Both the position numbers and the translations under genes were made by a program. DNA of 64,000 nt, taken from NCBI GenBank assembly GCA_965195285.1, contig CBDAFS010000043.1, positions 1 to 64,000 of the forward strand. Direction: 5' to 3'. The notes beneath the pieces were generated by a model. The model worked only from the letters and a program-made list of their open reading frames with translations, did not search any database and had not been told where the DNA came from. The DNA comes from an uncultured Aminicenantes bacterium (GTDB lineage: Bacteria > Acidobacteriota > Aminicenantia > UBA2199). Of this stretch, positions 10,099 through 19,313 are shown piece by piece; the first letter of the stretch is position 1, and each line of letters begins with the position of its first letter.

Positions 10099-11955
10099 AT
10101 GAAAAAAGCCTTTACTATTTTACTGTTCCTGCTGGTAGGACTTTATCCCCTCAGTTCTGCCCCGGTAGAATTATCCTGTTCCACCCAAACCATCACAGCC
10201 TATCAAGGTGAAAAAATTCTCCTGAACCTGAAAGTAAAAAACAATTTGAACGAAAACCTGAGACCCGCAGATCAATATTTTCTCTCTTACCACCTGTATG
10301 ACCGAAAGGGAAACCTGATATCCTTTAACAACCGGCGATTCATACTGCCGGTGATAATAAAAAAAAAACACTTCTCCCATTTTACCTTGCCCATCTATTT
10401 TGATTATGACCAAAGCGGTTTATATCGGGTCGAATTCGATCTCGTCAAGGAGGGAGAATTCTGGGGAGCCGCCAGGGGCTGGAAGACATGCAGATTTCAA
10501 CTTGACCTGAAAGAACTAATATCGCCTGAATTTAAAAACAGATACTTAAAAACTTTTTACTCAACCGACATTCCCATTTTAAATAAAGAGCAATATGTTT
10601 TACGAATCACCCTGAAAAACTGTGAAATTATCAAAGACAATAGAATCTGGGGGTTTTCTACCGGATCGCTGTATCCCCAGATATGGATCAGAGACACCTC
10701 TACCTTTATCGCTTATGCCAAGCATCACTATCCGTTAAAAATTTTTCAAAATATGGTGGAGCTGTTTTTTGCACATCAAAAGGACAACGGTGAAATCGCA
10801 GACTGGATAGATATTTCGAGCAAAAGCGATAAGAACACGGTTTCGTCCGACCAGGAAAGCTCAATGGTGATGGCTGCCTATGAAATAGCCATTGAGCAAT
10901 CCCTGTGGTTGAAAAAGAAAATCCGGGGCAAAACCATAACAGAAAGGCTGGAAATGGCCCTGGCCTGGGTCTGGAAAAAGCGCCGGGATCCGAATTGGAA
11001 CCTTATTTACAGCGGCCTGACTGCTGACTGGGGAGACGTAGACAACTCCTATCCGGATCAGCGGGCCACCAAAATGTCCGATCGATCCACCCTGGTTTTT
11101 TCGACCTACACCCAGGCCAAATACCTTCAGGCCATGGAAAAACTGCTGTTTATTTTCAGCCACCTTAAAAAATACCAAAAAGTGGACATCTGGAAAAAGC
11201 GCCATCAGGTTATCCGTAAGCAAACATTGAAACATTTGTATTTAAAAGACAGGGGTTACTTCATCATCCACATTTGCCCCACATCCGACCGTCACCTGAA
11301 TATTGAAAAAGAAATCCTGCCCATCGGAGGTAATGCAGAAGCCATATTGGCCGGATTGATGAGCCCAAAACAGATCAAGAAATTTCTCGGGATATTGAAA
11401 CAAAAAAGGAAAACATACGAATTGCCTAACATTTGCTTTACCCTGCTGCCGCCTTATCCAGAGGGATTTTTTCCCCACCCGGCACTGTCAATCCCCTGGC
11501 ATTATCAAAATGGGGGCCAATGGGATTGGATTGGAGCCAAACTGGTAAAAGCGATGTTTTTATCAAATTTCCGTCAGGAGGCCAAAGCCTATTTGCTGGA
11601 AATAGCCAGTAAAAATATTACCAATTTCGGCATTTTTGAATGGGAAGACCGTAGAGGAAATCCACTCTGGAGTTCCATGTTCTACATAGGAGCCGCCGGG
11701 GTTATCGGTGACGCCATATTAAACGGATATTTCGGCTACAGATCGGATTTCGATCATTACCGACTGGATCAAACAGACGATCATTATCGCCTATTCATTC
11801 ATAAAAGAGATCAATTCACAATCACCCGGAATAAAGGCATTACCATTGATATTCAGCAGTTGAGAAAAAAATCTATCCTGTTCAAACAGAAATTTGGGGG
11901 AAAGACAATCCGTCTAAATAAAATAGGAACCCACAAACTGGACGACCTGGATTAA
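10099..11955 (+). CDS. Secreted six-hairpin glycosidase-like protein with N-terminal Ig-like domain
   Basis: Signal peptide, LSYH..FDLVKEG Ig-like module, YPQIWIRD, ADWGD, YQNGGQW, FEW. Confidence 0.6.
   Translation: MKKAFTILLFLLVGLYPLSSAPVELSCSTQTITAYQGEKILLNLKVKNNLNENLRPADQYFLSYHLYDRKGNLISFNNRRFILPVIIKKKHFSHFTLPIYFDYDQSGLYRVEFDLVKEGEFWGAARGWKTCRFQLDLKELISPEFKNRYLKTFYSTDIPILNKEQYVLRITLKNCEIIKDNRIWGFSTGSLYPQIWIRDTSTFIAYAKHHYPLKIFQNMVELFFAHQKDNGEIADWIDISSKSDKNTVSSDQESSMVMAAYEIAIEQSLWLKKKIRGKTITERLEMALAWVWKKRRDPNWNLIYSGLTADWGDVDNSYPDQRATKMSDRSTLVFSTYTQAKYLQAMEKLLFIFSHLKKYQKVDIWKKRHQVIRKQTLKHLYLKDRGYFIIHICPTSDRHLNIEKEILPIGGNAEAILAGLMSPKQIKKFLGILKQKRKTYELPNICFTLLPPYPEGFFPHPALSIPWHYQNGGQWDWIGAKLVKAMFLSNFRQEAKAYLLEIASKNITNFGIFEWEDRRGNPLWSSMFYIGAAGVIGDAILNGYFGYRSDFDHYRLDQTDDHYRLFIHKRDQFTITRNKGITIDIQQLRKKSILFKQKFGGKTIRLNKIGTHKLDDLD
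11839..11915 (+). repeat. Copy 1 of a ~76-bp imperfect direct repeat (3' end of glycosidase gene)
   Basis: ATTACCATTG..ATCCTGTTCAAACAGAAATTTGGGG..AAAGACAATCCGTCT matches 14108-14182. Confidence 0.92.
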
Positions 11956-11986
11956 AGTAAAGAAAATTGTTGGTGCCTTTACTTTG

Positions 11987-14059
11987 CTATAAATATCCAA
12001 GTGATTCCAACGATTTTAAATCCTCCTTCCGAAATTGCGGCTTCAGAATCTGCGGGTGAAGCTCTACTGCATTTTTTAAATGGTTGAAGAGATAAAACAT
12101 CAGGGTTTCTCTCACCAATTGGTGATCGGTCAAACAGTTTTGTTCATGCGGATCATCCGCCAAGTTATACAATTCCTCCCCCCCTGGTTTGATGGGGAAT
12201 CGAATGATTAATTTATAGGGAAACTGCTGGACCCGATATCCGGGGTAATTTTTGATGTTAATGCTTCGGGCGAACAACCGCCTCTCCTCAGGAAGATGAA
12301 AAAGGTTACGTCCGTGTGTAAATTCAATGTATGAATATTCCAGATCAAACAACATGGCTAAAGTCAAAACCAGATCAGAAGTGATGGAAGCCTGATGTAT
12401 GATTCGCGGAGTTACACCCGGAATTCGAATTACCAAGGGAATACGCAGACCGGTTTCGTAGAGAACATGGGCATGTCCAATCTGGCCATTTTCGCCAATG
12501 GCCTCGCCATGGTCGGAAATAAAAATTATTATTGTATTTTCAGACAATTGGCGCTGTTCGAGGATTTGTATTATTTGACCGGTTGCCCAATCGCCATAGT
12601 ATAGATTTTCATCGTAGATTTTTCTTAACAGATCGAGATTGTCATTTTTATCCACCGTGCTTTTCCAGAAGGCCTTTCCTATCTCGCTTAACGCCTCACA
12701 CTGTTCCAAATAGGTTTTTTGAAAACGGCCCAGAAAAGGGGGAGGCATTTTATATGGATCGTGGGGCTCGCGAACGTGGAGATAGATGAAGAACGGCTGA
12801 TTATTGATCCGGGTAAGCATTTCTTTAAAAGGAGCAATGAAGTCTCCGGCCAGAGGAGTCGGTTTGTCTTTAAACAGTTCAATAAAGGCAGAGAATCCCT
12901 TATCATACCGGTAGGCTTTACCGAAATTGGGATTCCCCGATATGGCACCGCTGAAGTATCCCTTTTTTTTAAACAGTTCGGATAGAGTGGTGGTTTTTTG
13001 ATCCAGGGAAGAATAATACTTTGATACGACACTGTGGTAATCGGGAGGGAGCCCGGTCAACAGAGTACCTGTCGAGGCCAGGGTGTAAGAGGCTTCCGAA
13101 TAACAGGTTTTAAAAACAAGTGAGTTTTTCGCCAATTGATCGATATTGGGAGTTGTCATCCGGCTGTAACCGTTGTAACCGACATGGTCGTTTCTGGTGG
13201 CATCCAGAAGAATGATCAACACGTTTTTATTAGCAGCCCAATCCTTAATTTCTTTTTGCCTCTTCAGATCGGCTCTGATTCTTGCCCGGTTTTGAATTAA
13301 AAAACTCTCCTCGACCCTCAGGTAACCCCTTTCCAGATTTAAGGGAGTAAGGGTCACCTCTTGGAATTGATTTTTCAAAAGGTTGATTCGGAACAATTGA
13401 CCGTTTTTAATCGTACGAACATCCTCGGTCCTATCAATTTGTCCCCTGATGTGAATCCTGAGTTTTATTTTATTCCGCTTGAAAAGGTTCAATCTCAGGG
13501 AAATCGCCTCTGATGGTAACGGTTTGATGTAGTACCTTAACGATCCGGGTAGAAAAAGCACGGTATCATCGTTAAGCAATTCCTTGAAGTTGCGGTATTT
13601 TGTTATCCTGGTTGGATAGATTTTGATTTGCTGAACCTTCAATCTATCGTCGGCAGACAAGAAGATAGTGTTTTCCCCCGGTTCCAGCAGATCGGCCGGG
13701 AGAAATTTGACAGATTGTTTCAACAGAATGGTTTTATCCTTAATTCTGGCAACCAGATTTGCCTGAGATTTTGCTACACCAATACTCAACACATACTGTT
13801 CAGGCCGGGCTACAAAAAAATGGATGTTTCCTCCGCCCTCACCCAGAAAACGATGAAATTTTTTATCCTCTCCCAGCAACGGGGCGCTCCAATTGCCTGA
13901 AAACAATCGCTCATTCGTATGGTAGCTTAAAGACACATTGTACACTCCGTCGATTGTGGTAGGAAAAAATTTTTCCGTTTTTTGTATGTTTGGGCCGCAT
14001 TGAATGCATATAAGCGATATGGCGAGCATAAAAACAGGTGACATTTTTGATATATTCAT
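11987..14059 (-). CDS. Sulfatase-like hydrolase/transferase (alkaline phosphatase superfamily), probable lipoprotein
   Basis: LDATRNDH, TPNID, SYTLAST, EPHDPY, SDHGE, ELYNLADDPHEQ, C-terminal SLGYL. Confidence 0.85.
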   Translation of the reverse strand: MNISKMSPVFMLAISLICIQCGPNIQKTEKFFPTTIDGVYNVSLSYHTNERLFSGNWSAPLLGEDKKFHRFLGEGGGNIHFFVARPEQYVLSIGVAKSQANLVARIKDKTILLKQSVKFLPADLLEPGENTIFLSADDRLKVQQIKIYPTRITKYRNFKELLNDDTVLFLPGSLRYYIKPLPSEAISLRLNLFKRNKIKLRIHIRGQIDRTEDVRTIKNGQLFRINLLKNQFQEVTLTPLNLERGYLRVEESFLIQNRARIRADLKRQKEIKDWAANKNVLIILLDATRNDHVGYNGYSRMTTPNIDQLAKNSLVFKTCYSEASYTLASTGTLLTGLPPDYHSVVSKYYSSLDQKTTTLSELFKKKGYFSGAISGNPNFGKAYRYDKGFSAFIELFKDKPTPLAGDFIAPFKEMLTRINNQPFFIYLHVREPHDPYKMPPPFLGRFQKTYLEQCEALSEIGKAFWKSTVDKNDNLDLLRKIYDENLYYGDWATGQIIQILEQRQLSENTIIIFISDHGEAIGENGQIGHAHVLYETGLRIPLVIRIPGVTPRIIHQASITSDLVLTLAMLFDLEYSYIEFTHGRNLFHLPEERRLFARSINIKNYPGYRVQQFPYKLIIRFPIKPGGEELYNLADDPHEQNCLTDHQLVRETLMFYLFNHLKNAVELHPQILKPQFRKEDLKSLESLGYL

Positions 14060-14107
14060 ATATTTATTATAAAGTAATCTGATCGATTTTTAAACATTAA
14101 TAAATGT

Positions 14108-14182
14108 ATTACCATTGTTATTCAGCAGCTGAGAAAAAACCCATCCTGTTCAAACAGAAATTTGGGGAAAGACAATCCGTCT
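14108..14182 (+). repeat. Copy 2 of a ~76-bp imperfect direct repeat (intergenic)
   Basis: Matches 11839-11915 with about 4 substitutions and 2 single-base indels. Confidence 0.92.
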
Positions 14183-14199
14183 GAAAATCAGGCCGGCCA

Positions 14200-15312
14200 T
14201 TAAAATGAACCATCAAGCAGATTAATGGTTTTTTCGACTTCATTTTCAAGATAATCCGGAAGCCCCAGGATTTTGGTATCCAGAAAACCCCGTACAATCA
14301 AAGATATCGCTTTTTCCTCAGATATCCCCCGGGACATCAGGTAATAGATTTCTTCTTCAGCTATCTTGCCAACGGATGCTTCGTGAGACATATCCACTTC
14401 CGGATGACAGGCTTCCAGTATGGGAATTGCTTGAATGGATCCAGATTCCTTCAATAACATCCCACTGCATTCAAGATGGGCCCGGATATTTTTTTTCCGG
14501 CCCACCAGTTCTCCACGGGCAATGATTTTACCCCCACTGGATATGGTCCTGGAGATCACCTCTGCCCTGGATCCGCTTCCCTCCAGGATAACCCTGGCAC
14601 CAATATCATAAACAGAATTTTCCGGGGCAAAAATCAGGGAATTAAAAACTCCGGAAGCATTGTTCCCCTTCAGGTAACAGGTGGGAAAGGTCTGGGTGAT
14701 TTTGGATCTTTTTATGGAAATATAGTTGGATATGAAAGTGGCATTGTTTTCCACTGTAATGGCAGTTCGGGGGCGGACTTCAACTTCTTCAGACCAATCA
14801 TGAATCATGGTGTAAGAGAGGCTGGCATTTTTTTTCAGATAAATTTCAGTCACACCGATGTGGGTTCCGGCCGTGACGTATTCGGCACTGGCACAACCAT
14901 TGATGATATTCAAAGATGACTCTGGCTCCATGATAATTAAATTATGAACTTGCTGTTTAAACCTCTCCGCTTTAATAAAAAAACAAGATTGAAGGGGCAG
15001 GACAGCCTGATGTCCCTTTTTCACCCGGATAAAATACCCGACCGGTTCGGCTTCATGAACGCTCCGGGTATATTCATCCTGATCAGGATCTACCAGTTTC
15101 CAGAAATATGACTTCTCCAGCTCAGGATATTTATTCAGCGCCTTGCTAATGGGCATCAATTCAATTCCAGGGGAATGACTCCGGAAACCTGCCTCCTGAT
15201 GATTCAGAATTGAATAGGATGCACTCCTCTGTTTTTCTTCCACATCAAACCCGATACTTAACAATTTTTTTCGGTCTTTCTGTTTTATTTCTGTTTTAAG
15301 CAATTCTGACAT
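14200..15312 (-). CDS. sufB: SufB/SufD family Fe-S scaffold (SmsB-like)
   Basis: QQVHNLII, HLECSG, AIPILE, SHEASVGKIAEEEIYYLMSRG, IVRGFL. Confidence 0.9.
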   Translation of the reverse strand: MSELLKTEIKQKDRKKLLSIGFDVEEKQRSASYSILNHQEAGFRSHSPGIELMPISKALNKYPELEKSYFWKLVDPDQDEYTRSVHEAEPVGYFIRVKKGHQAVLPLQSCFFIKAERFKQQVHNLIIMEPESSLNIINGCASAEYVTAGTHIGVTEIYLKKNASLSYTMIHDWSEEVEVRPRTAITVENNATFISNYISIKRSKITQTFPTCYLKGNNASGVFNSLIFAPENSVYDIGARVILEGSGSRAEVISRTISSGGKIIARGELVGRKKNIRAHLECSGMLLKESGSIQAIPILEACHPEVDMSHEASVGKIAEEEIYYLMSRGISEEKAISLIVRGFLDTKILGLPDYLENEVEKTINLLDGSF

Positions 15313-16025
15313 TCCTTATACCCCCGCTTTTGGATCAGTTCGAATATTTCCCGGGCATTGCCCGAACAGGTCAAACAACCATTAATCAGCATATATCCAC
15401 GATCCGCATTCAGATAGTTGAGAATGAGACCGGTGTGGGTGATAATGATGCCTGAGTTCTGTCTCTTTTTTAACCGGTCCTGTTTGTGGAGCAATCGTTT
15501 AATGGCCTTACCCAGGACGCTGATATTCTCAACATCAACTCCGGATTCCGGCTCATCGATTAAACTGAGTAACGGGTTCTGCAACAAGAGTTGAAGGATC
15601 TCCGATCGTTTCACCTCTCCCCCTGAAAATCCCAGATTAATATCCCGGTTCAGGTGTTGATCCAGTTTCAGTATCCGGGAATAGTATTCAATACGATCAC
15701 CATTGCCTTTATGGGAATTGATAATCTCACCCAGGCCCTTGAGTTTAACACCCTTTATGCTGGGAGGACGTTGAAAAGACATGCCAATTCCCAACCGGGC
15801 CCGCTCCGAAACCGCCAGGCGGGTAATATCTGTTCCCTGAAAAATGATTTGACCTTTTTTTATTTTATATTTCGGGAATCCCATAATGGCCATGAACAGA
15901 GAACTCTTACCCACTCCATTGGGGCCAAATAGAATTACGGTTTCCCCATCAGCCACATCTAAATTTATTCCTTTCAATATTGCCTTTCCCTCAACCTCTA
16001 TAAACAAATTTTTTATTTCTAAAAT
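15285..16025 (-). CDS. sufC: SufC ABC ATPase (SmsC-like); probable ATT start at 16025, alternative TTG at 16043
   Basis: GPNGVGKS, FSGGEVKR, IDEPESGVD, IITH, C-terminal C-x18-CxxC. Confidence 0.9.
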   Translation of the reverse strand: MLEIKNLFIEVEGKAILKGINLDVADGETVILFGPNGVGKSSLFMAIMGFPKYKIKKGQIIFQGTDITRLAVSERARLGIGMSFQRPPSIKGVKLKGLGEIINSHKGNGDRIEYYSRILKLDQHLNRDINLGFSGGEVKRSEILQLLLQNPLLSLIDEPESGVDVENISVLGKAIKRLLHKQDRLKKRQNSGIIITHTGLILNYLNADRGYMLINGCLTCSGNAREIFELIQKRGYKECQNCLKQK

Positions 16026-16048
16026 GGCACACCTCCCGAACAAATCAT

Positions 16049-16076
16049 ATTATACATTTTACGGCTTTGATATCAA
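16049..16076 (-). promoter_or_regulatory. Sigma70-type promoter of sufC
   Basis: TTGATA-N16-TATAAT on the minus strand. Confidence 0.55.
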
Positions 16077-16135
16077 TGTTCTATCAACCCTTATGATTAT
16101 CTTTACTATACTGGATAAGTTGATTACAATGGGAA

Positions 16136-17461
16136 ATGATTCTGACCGCATTATTGATTTACTTTGTTCTGCTCATCCTCACGGGTATGTTGCTATCCCG
16201 TAAAAACATAAATTTCGATGATTATTTTTATGCGGGCAGGAAACTGGGGAGTTTACTCATTTTTTTCACAGTGACGGCATCCTGGTTCGGCGCTGCCTCC
16301 ACCATCGTCACCCTTGAAGATGCGGTTAAAAACGGATTCCGTTCTATCTGGCTTCTGGGAATTCCGACAGTGATCACCATTCTGTTCTTCATCATACTGA
16401 ATAAAAAGATCAGAAAAACAAACTTTGTATCTTTACCGGTGCTTCTGAAAGAGAGCTACGGACCGGCTGTTGCCTCATTGTCCTCGTTACTCATATTCTT
16501 CTACATGGTCTTGTTGACTGCCTCTCAATTTGTGGCCTGGGGTAAGTTTGTGGGCCCAGTCATCGGTGAAAACTATTCCATCACCATTATTTTCGGTGCC
16601 CTGATCGTCATACTGTATTCATACATCGGAGGTTATCTATCGGTGGTGTTCACCGATGGCCTGCAATTCTTTCTCCTGGTCTCGGCCATCATTGTTCTGC
16701 TGTTGTACTTTTTTCGAACCCCACTTATTTTTTACCCGAACGATTTCCATCTTCTGGAGAATATCCAAAGAAATGGGTGGATGACCATATCCTTTACTCT
16801 GGCCTGGATTATATCACCCATTGTGTGGCAACGCATTGCCTCTGCCAGATCCAGTAAAACCTCTAGGAGAGGATTATTCCTGTCGGTCATGGTTTTCAGC
16901 CTTTTATATACGGCCATAATCCTGACCGCCATCTCAGTCAGAGCCATTCCCGGTGCCAGTTTTGAAAAACTTATCAACCATCTATTACCCCAGTCCGCCG
17001 GAATCCTGGTTTTCCTGGGCATTGCTGCTGCCATCATGTCAACTAGCGATACTGCCATCAACCTGGCTGCACTGACCCTGGTGAGAGACATATTGCCGCT
17101 TTCATCTTCCCATAGAACGATAGGTTATTCCAAAGCTGCTACCGTTGTTGCCGGTATTTTTGCGGCCCTGATTGCATTGAAATTTAATTCCATAATCAAA
17201 ACCCTGGGATTGGCATCGGAAATCATGGCTGAGGGCCTGTTTATCCCCGGCATGGCTGCTCTATTGTTTAAAATAAAAAAGCCTCTGGCCGGTCTCCTCA
17301 GCCTACTGGCCGGAGGGATCTTTGCCATTCTGGTTTTTCTGAAGGCATTCGGATTGGCATTGCCGGTACCTCAATGGCCCTATTCACTCCCTTACGGCTT
17401 GCTTCTGTCATTGCTGGGTTTTGTGACGGGGTGCCTGCTGGACAAATCATCTTCTGCATGA
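16136..17461 (+). CDS. Sodium:solute symporter family protein
   Basis: YFYAGR, TASWFGA, GGYLSVVFTD, WQRIASA, AAIMSTSD. Confidence 0.9.
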   Translation: MILTALLIYFVLLILTGMLLSRKNINFDDYFYAGRKLGSLLIFFTVTASWFGAASTIVTLEDAVKNGFRSIWLLGIPTVITILFFIILNKKIRKTNFVSLPVLLKESYGPAVASLSSLLIFFYMVLLTASQFVAWGKFVGPVIGENYSITIIFGALIVILYSYIGGYLSVVFTDGLQFFLLVSAIIVLLLYFFRTPLIFYPNDFHLLENIQRNGWMTISFTLAWIISPIVWQRIASARSSKTSRRGLFLSVMVFSLLYTAIILTAISVRAIPGASFEKLINHLLPQSAGILVFLGIAAAIMSTSDTAINLAALTLVRDILPLSSSHRTIGYSKAATVVAGIFAALIALKFNSIIKTLGLASEIMAEGLFIPGMAALLFKIKKPLAGLLSLLAGGIFAILVFLKAFGLALPVPQWPYSLPYGLLLSLLGFVTGCLLDKSSSA

Positions 17462-17474
17462 AAACCGGCGCCAA

Positions 17475-19292
17475 TCACTGGTTTTCCACCGGAACCCTGA
17501 ACAGGTTATCCAGATAGGAACCGGCCGGATAGGGATGCCGGATGGCCTTCCGGCGTATCTTTTTCATCCTCATGTCAAAAGAGACAATATCTTTGAAATA
17601 ACCGAAATGATCCCGCATAAAAAATAGTGCTGACACATAATCAGGTTCAATAGCCAGGGCTTCAAGGGTAGCTTTCCGGGCCAGGTCCCGATCCCCGAAT
17701 TCCAGATAAACCTGGGCTTTCATCAGACGAAGAAATGGATTCAGCGGGGCAATTTTCTCTGCAGCGTCAAGGGAAACCAGAATCTCGCTTTGTAGTGAGG
17801 CATATTTAAGGTTCTTTTTCAGGATGGCCTGGTAAAAATCAAATTCCAGCAAATAAGCAGGAAGATAATTCCGGTTCAGCCTCTGGGCTCTCTTCAAGTC
17901 ATTCAGCCCGTAGGAAAATGAATCCATATCTGAAGTTTTCTTGAAATAATCGAGATATAGAAAAGCTTTCGAATAATATACCTGATGACCGATCGGATTC
18001 AAAGCCCGGGAATGATTCAATAATTCAAAGGCTTCAACATAATTCTTGGTTTTGGTGGATTTTCTGATATACAGATCGGATAAAAATGGAAACAAATAAC
18101 TGAACAGAAAAATGACCACCAATAAACCGGAGTAGACAAGCTTTTGATATAGATGAAAAGTCTTAAAACCCAAATTGTCTTCAAAAAGATTTTTTAACAG
18201 GAAGATTAGTAAAAATAAGAAGAAGAATTGAAACAATATATTGAAGAAAAAGGCCTGAAACAATAAGTACAGAATCAAAATCTTGCTGAGATTAAAGAGA
18301 GAGGATGAAAAGAATTTCCTTAAAACAAAAAAAAGAAAAGTAACGATCAGCAACAGACCGGCCAAACCGGTTTCAGCCAGAATCTTCAGATAATCATTGT
18401 GAGGACTTCGGGGAATTTTGAAATAACGGGCTGGCCCCCTTTTCTGCCTGAAGTTGTACTTCTTGGAAATTTCTGAAAAATTATCCAACCCAACCCCGGT
18501 AATGATATGGTCCCGGTAGATGTTCAAAGACATTTTCCATATATCAATACGATTGAAAGTATATGGATCATGTTTGAGGGAAAAATAAAACATATTCCGG
18601 ATCGGATTGGGAATTAAGAAGGTCAGGATGAGCAAAATCAACACAACCGGAATAAGCCACTTTTTCTTGAGCAGAACCAGCAAAACAACTGCTAACAGCG
18701 TTCCCAGAAAAGCCGCCTTGGATTCTGAAACATAAATCCCGGCAACGTTTATGATTAGCAGGAGCAGGCCCGGCCATTTAAAGGCATTCAATAAATAAAA
18801 AACAGCAATGATGACTCCGATCCCCGAAACAATACCCTGGAGAATGGGATTTTCAAAAAATATGTTTCTTTTATCAAAAAGGCCCGAAACCGAATTGATG
18901 AAACAGATCAGAGAAAAAAGGGAAATGGAATATAATATCAAATTAAAGTAGTTTTCCCCATCATTATGATCATAATAAGAGAGAGAAAAATACAGTGAAA
19001 TCAGAAAAATATCAGAAACCAGCAGAACCGACTTGATATGATAACTGGAAAAGAAAACCGAAATGATGAATACCAGATTATAAACAAAAAGGCCGTAGGA
19101 AAAAGGAGAAACGCCAATATTTTTAATGAAATAAATATCCTTGAACAAAAAAAATCCAAAACAAATGGCACTGGTTAAAAAGTACAAATAGGACGTCTTG
19201 TCCGGGAAAAATAAAATCCAGCCCATAATAAGAAGGAATTCCACCTCCCTCTTGATCAGGCTCATTTTATAGGCAATTCTCTGTAATCTCAT
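17475..19292 (-). CDS. O-antigen ligase/O-oligosaccharyltransferase (Wzy_C) with C-terminal TPR
   Basis: RIDIW, GVGLDNF, PHNDYLKILAETG, TPR-like helices. Confidence 0.85.
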   Translation of the reverse strand: MRLQRIAYKMSLIKREVEFLLIMGWILFFPDKTSYLYFLTSAICFGFFLFKDIYFIKNIGVSPFSYGLFVYNLVFIISVFFSSYHIKSVLLVSDIFLISLYFSLSYYDHNDGENYFNLILYSISLFSLICFINSVSGLFDKRNIFFENPILQGIVSGIGVIIAVFYLLNAFKWPGLLLLIINVAGIYVSESKAAFLGTLLAVVLLVLLKKKWLIPVVLILLILTFLIPNPIRNMFYFSLKHDPYTFNRIDIWKMSLNIYRDHIITGVGLDNFSEISKKYNFRQKRGPARYFKIPRSPHNDYLKILAETGLAGLLLIVTFLFFVLRKFFSSSLFNLSKILILYLLFQAFFFNILFQFFFLFLLIFLLKNLFEDNLGFKTFHLYQKLVYSGLLVVIFLFSYLFPFLSDLYIRKSTKTKNYVEAFELLNHSRALNPIGHQVYYSKAFLYLDYFKKTSDMDSFSYGLNDLKRAQRLNRNYLPAYLLEFDFYQAILKKNLKYASLQSEILVSLDAAEKIAPLNPFLRLMKAQVYLEFGDRDLARKATLEALAIEPDYVSALFFMRDHFGYFKDIVSFDMRMKKIRRKAIRHPYPAGSYLDNLFRVPVENQ

Positions 19293-19313
19293 ATCAAAAA
19301 TCCTTTAATCGGG

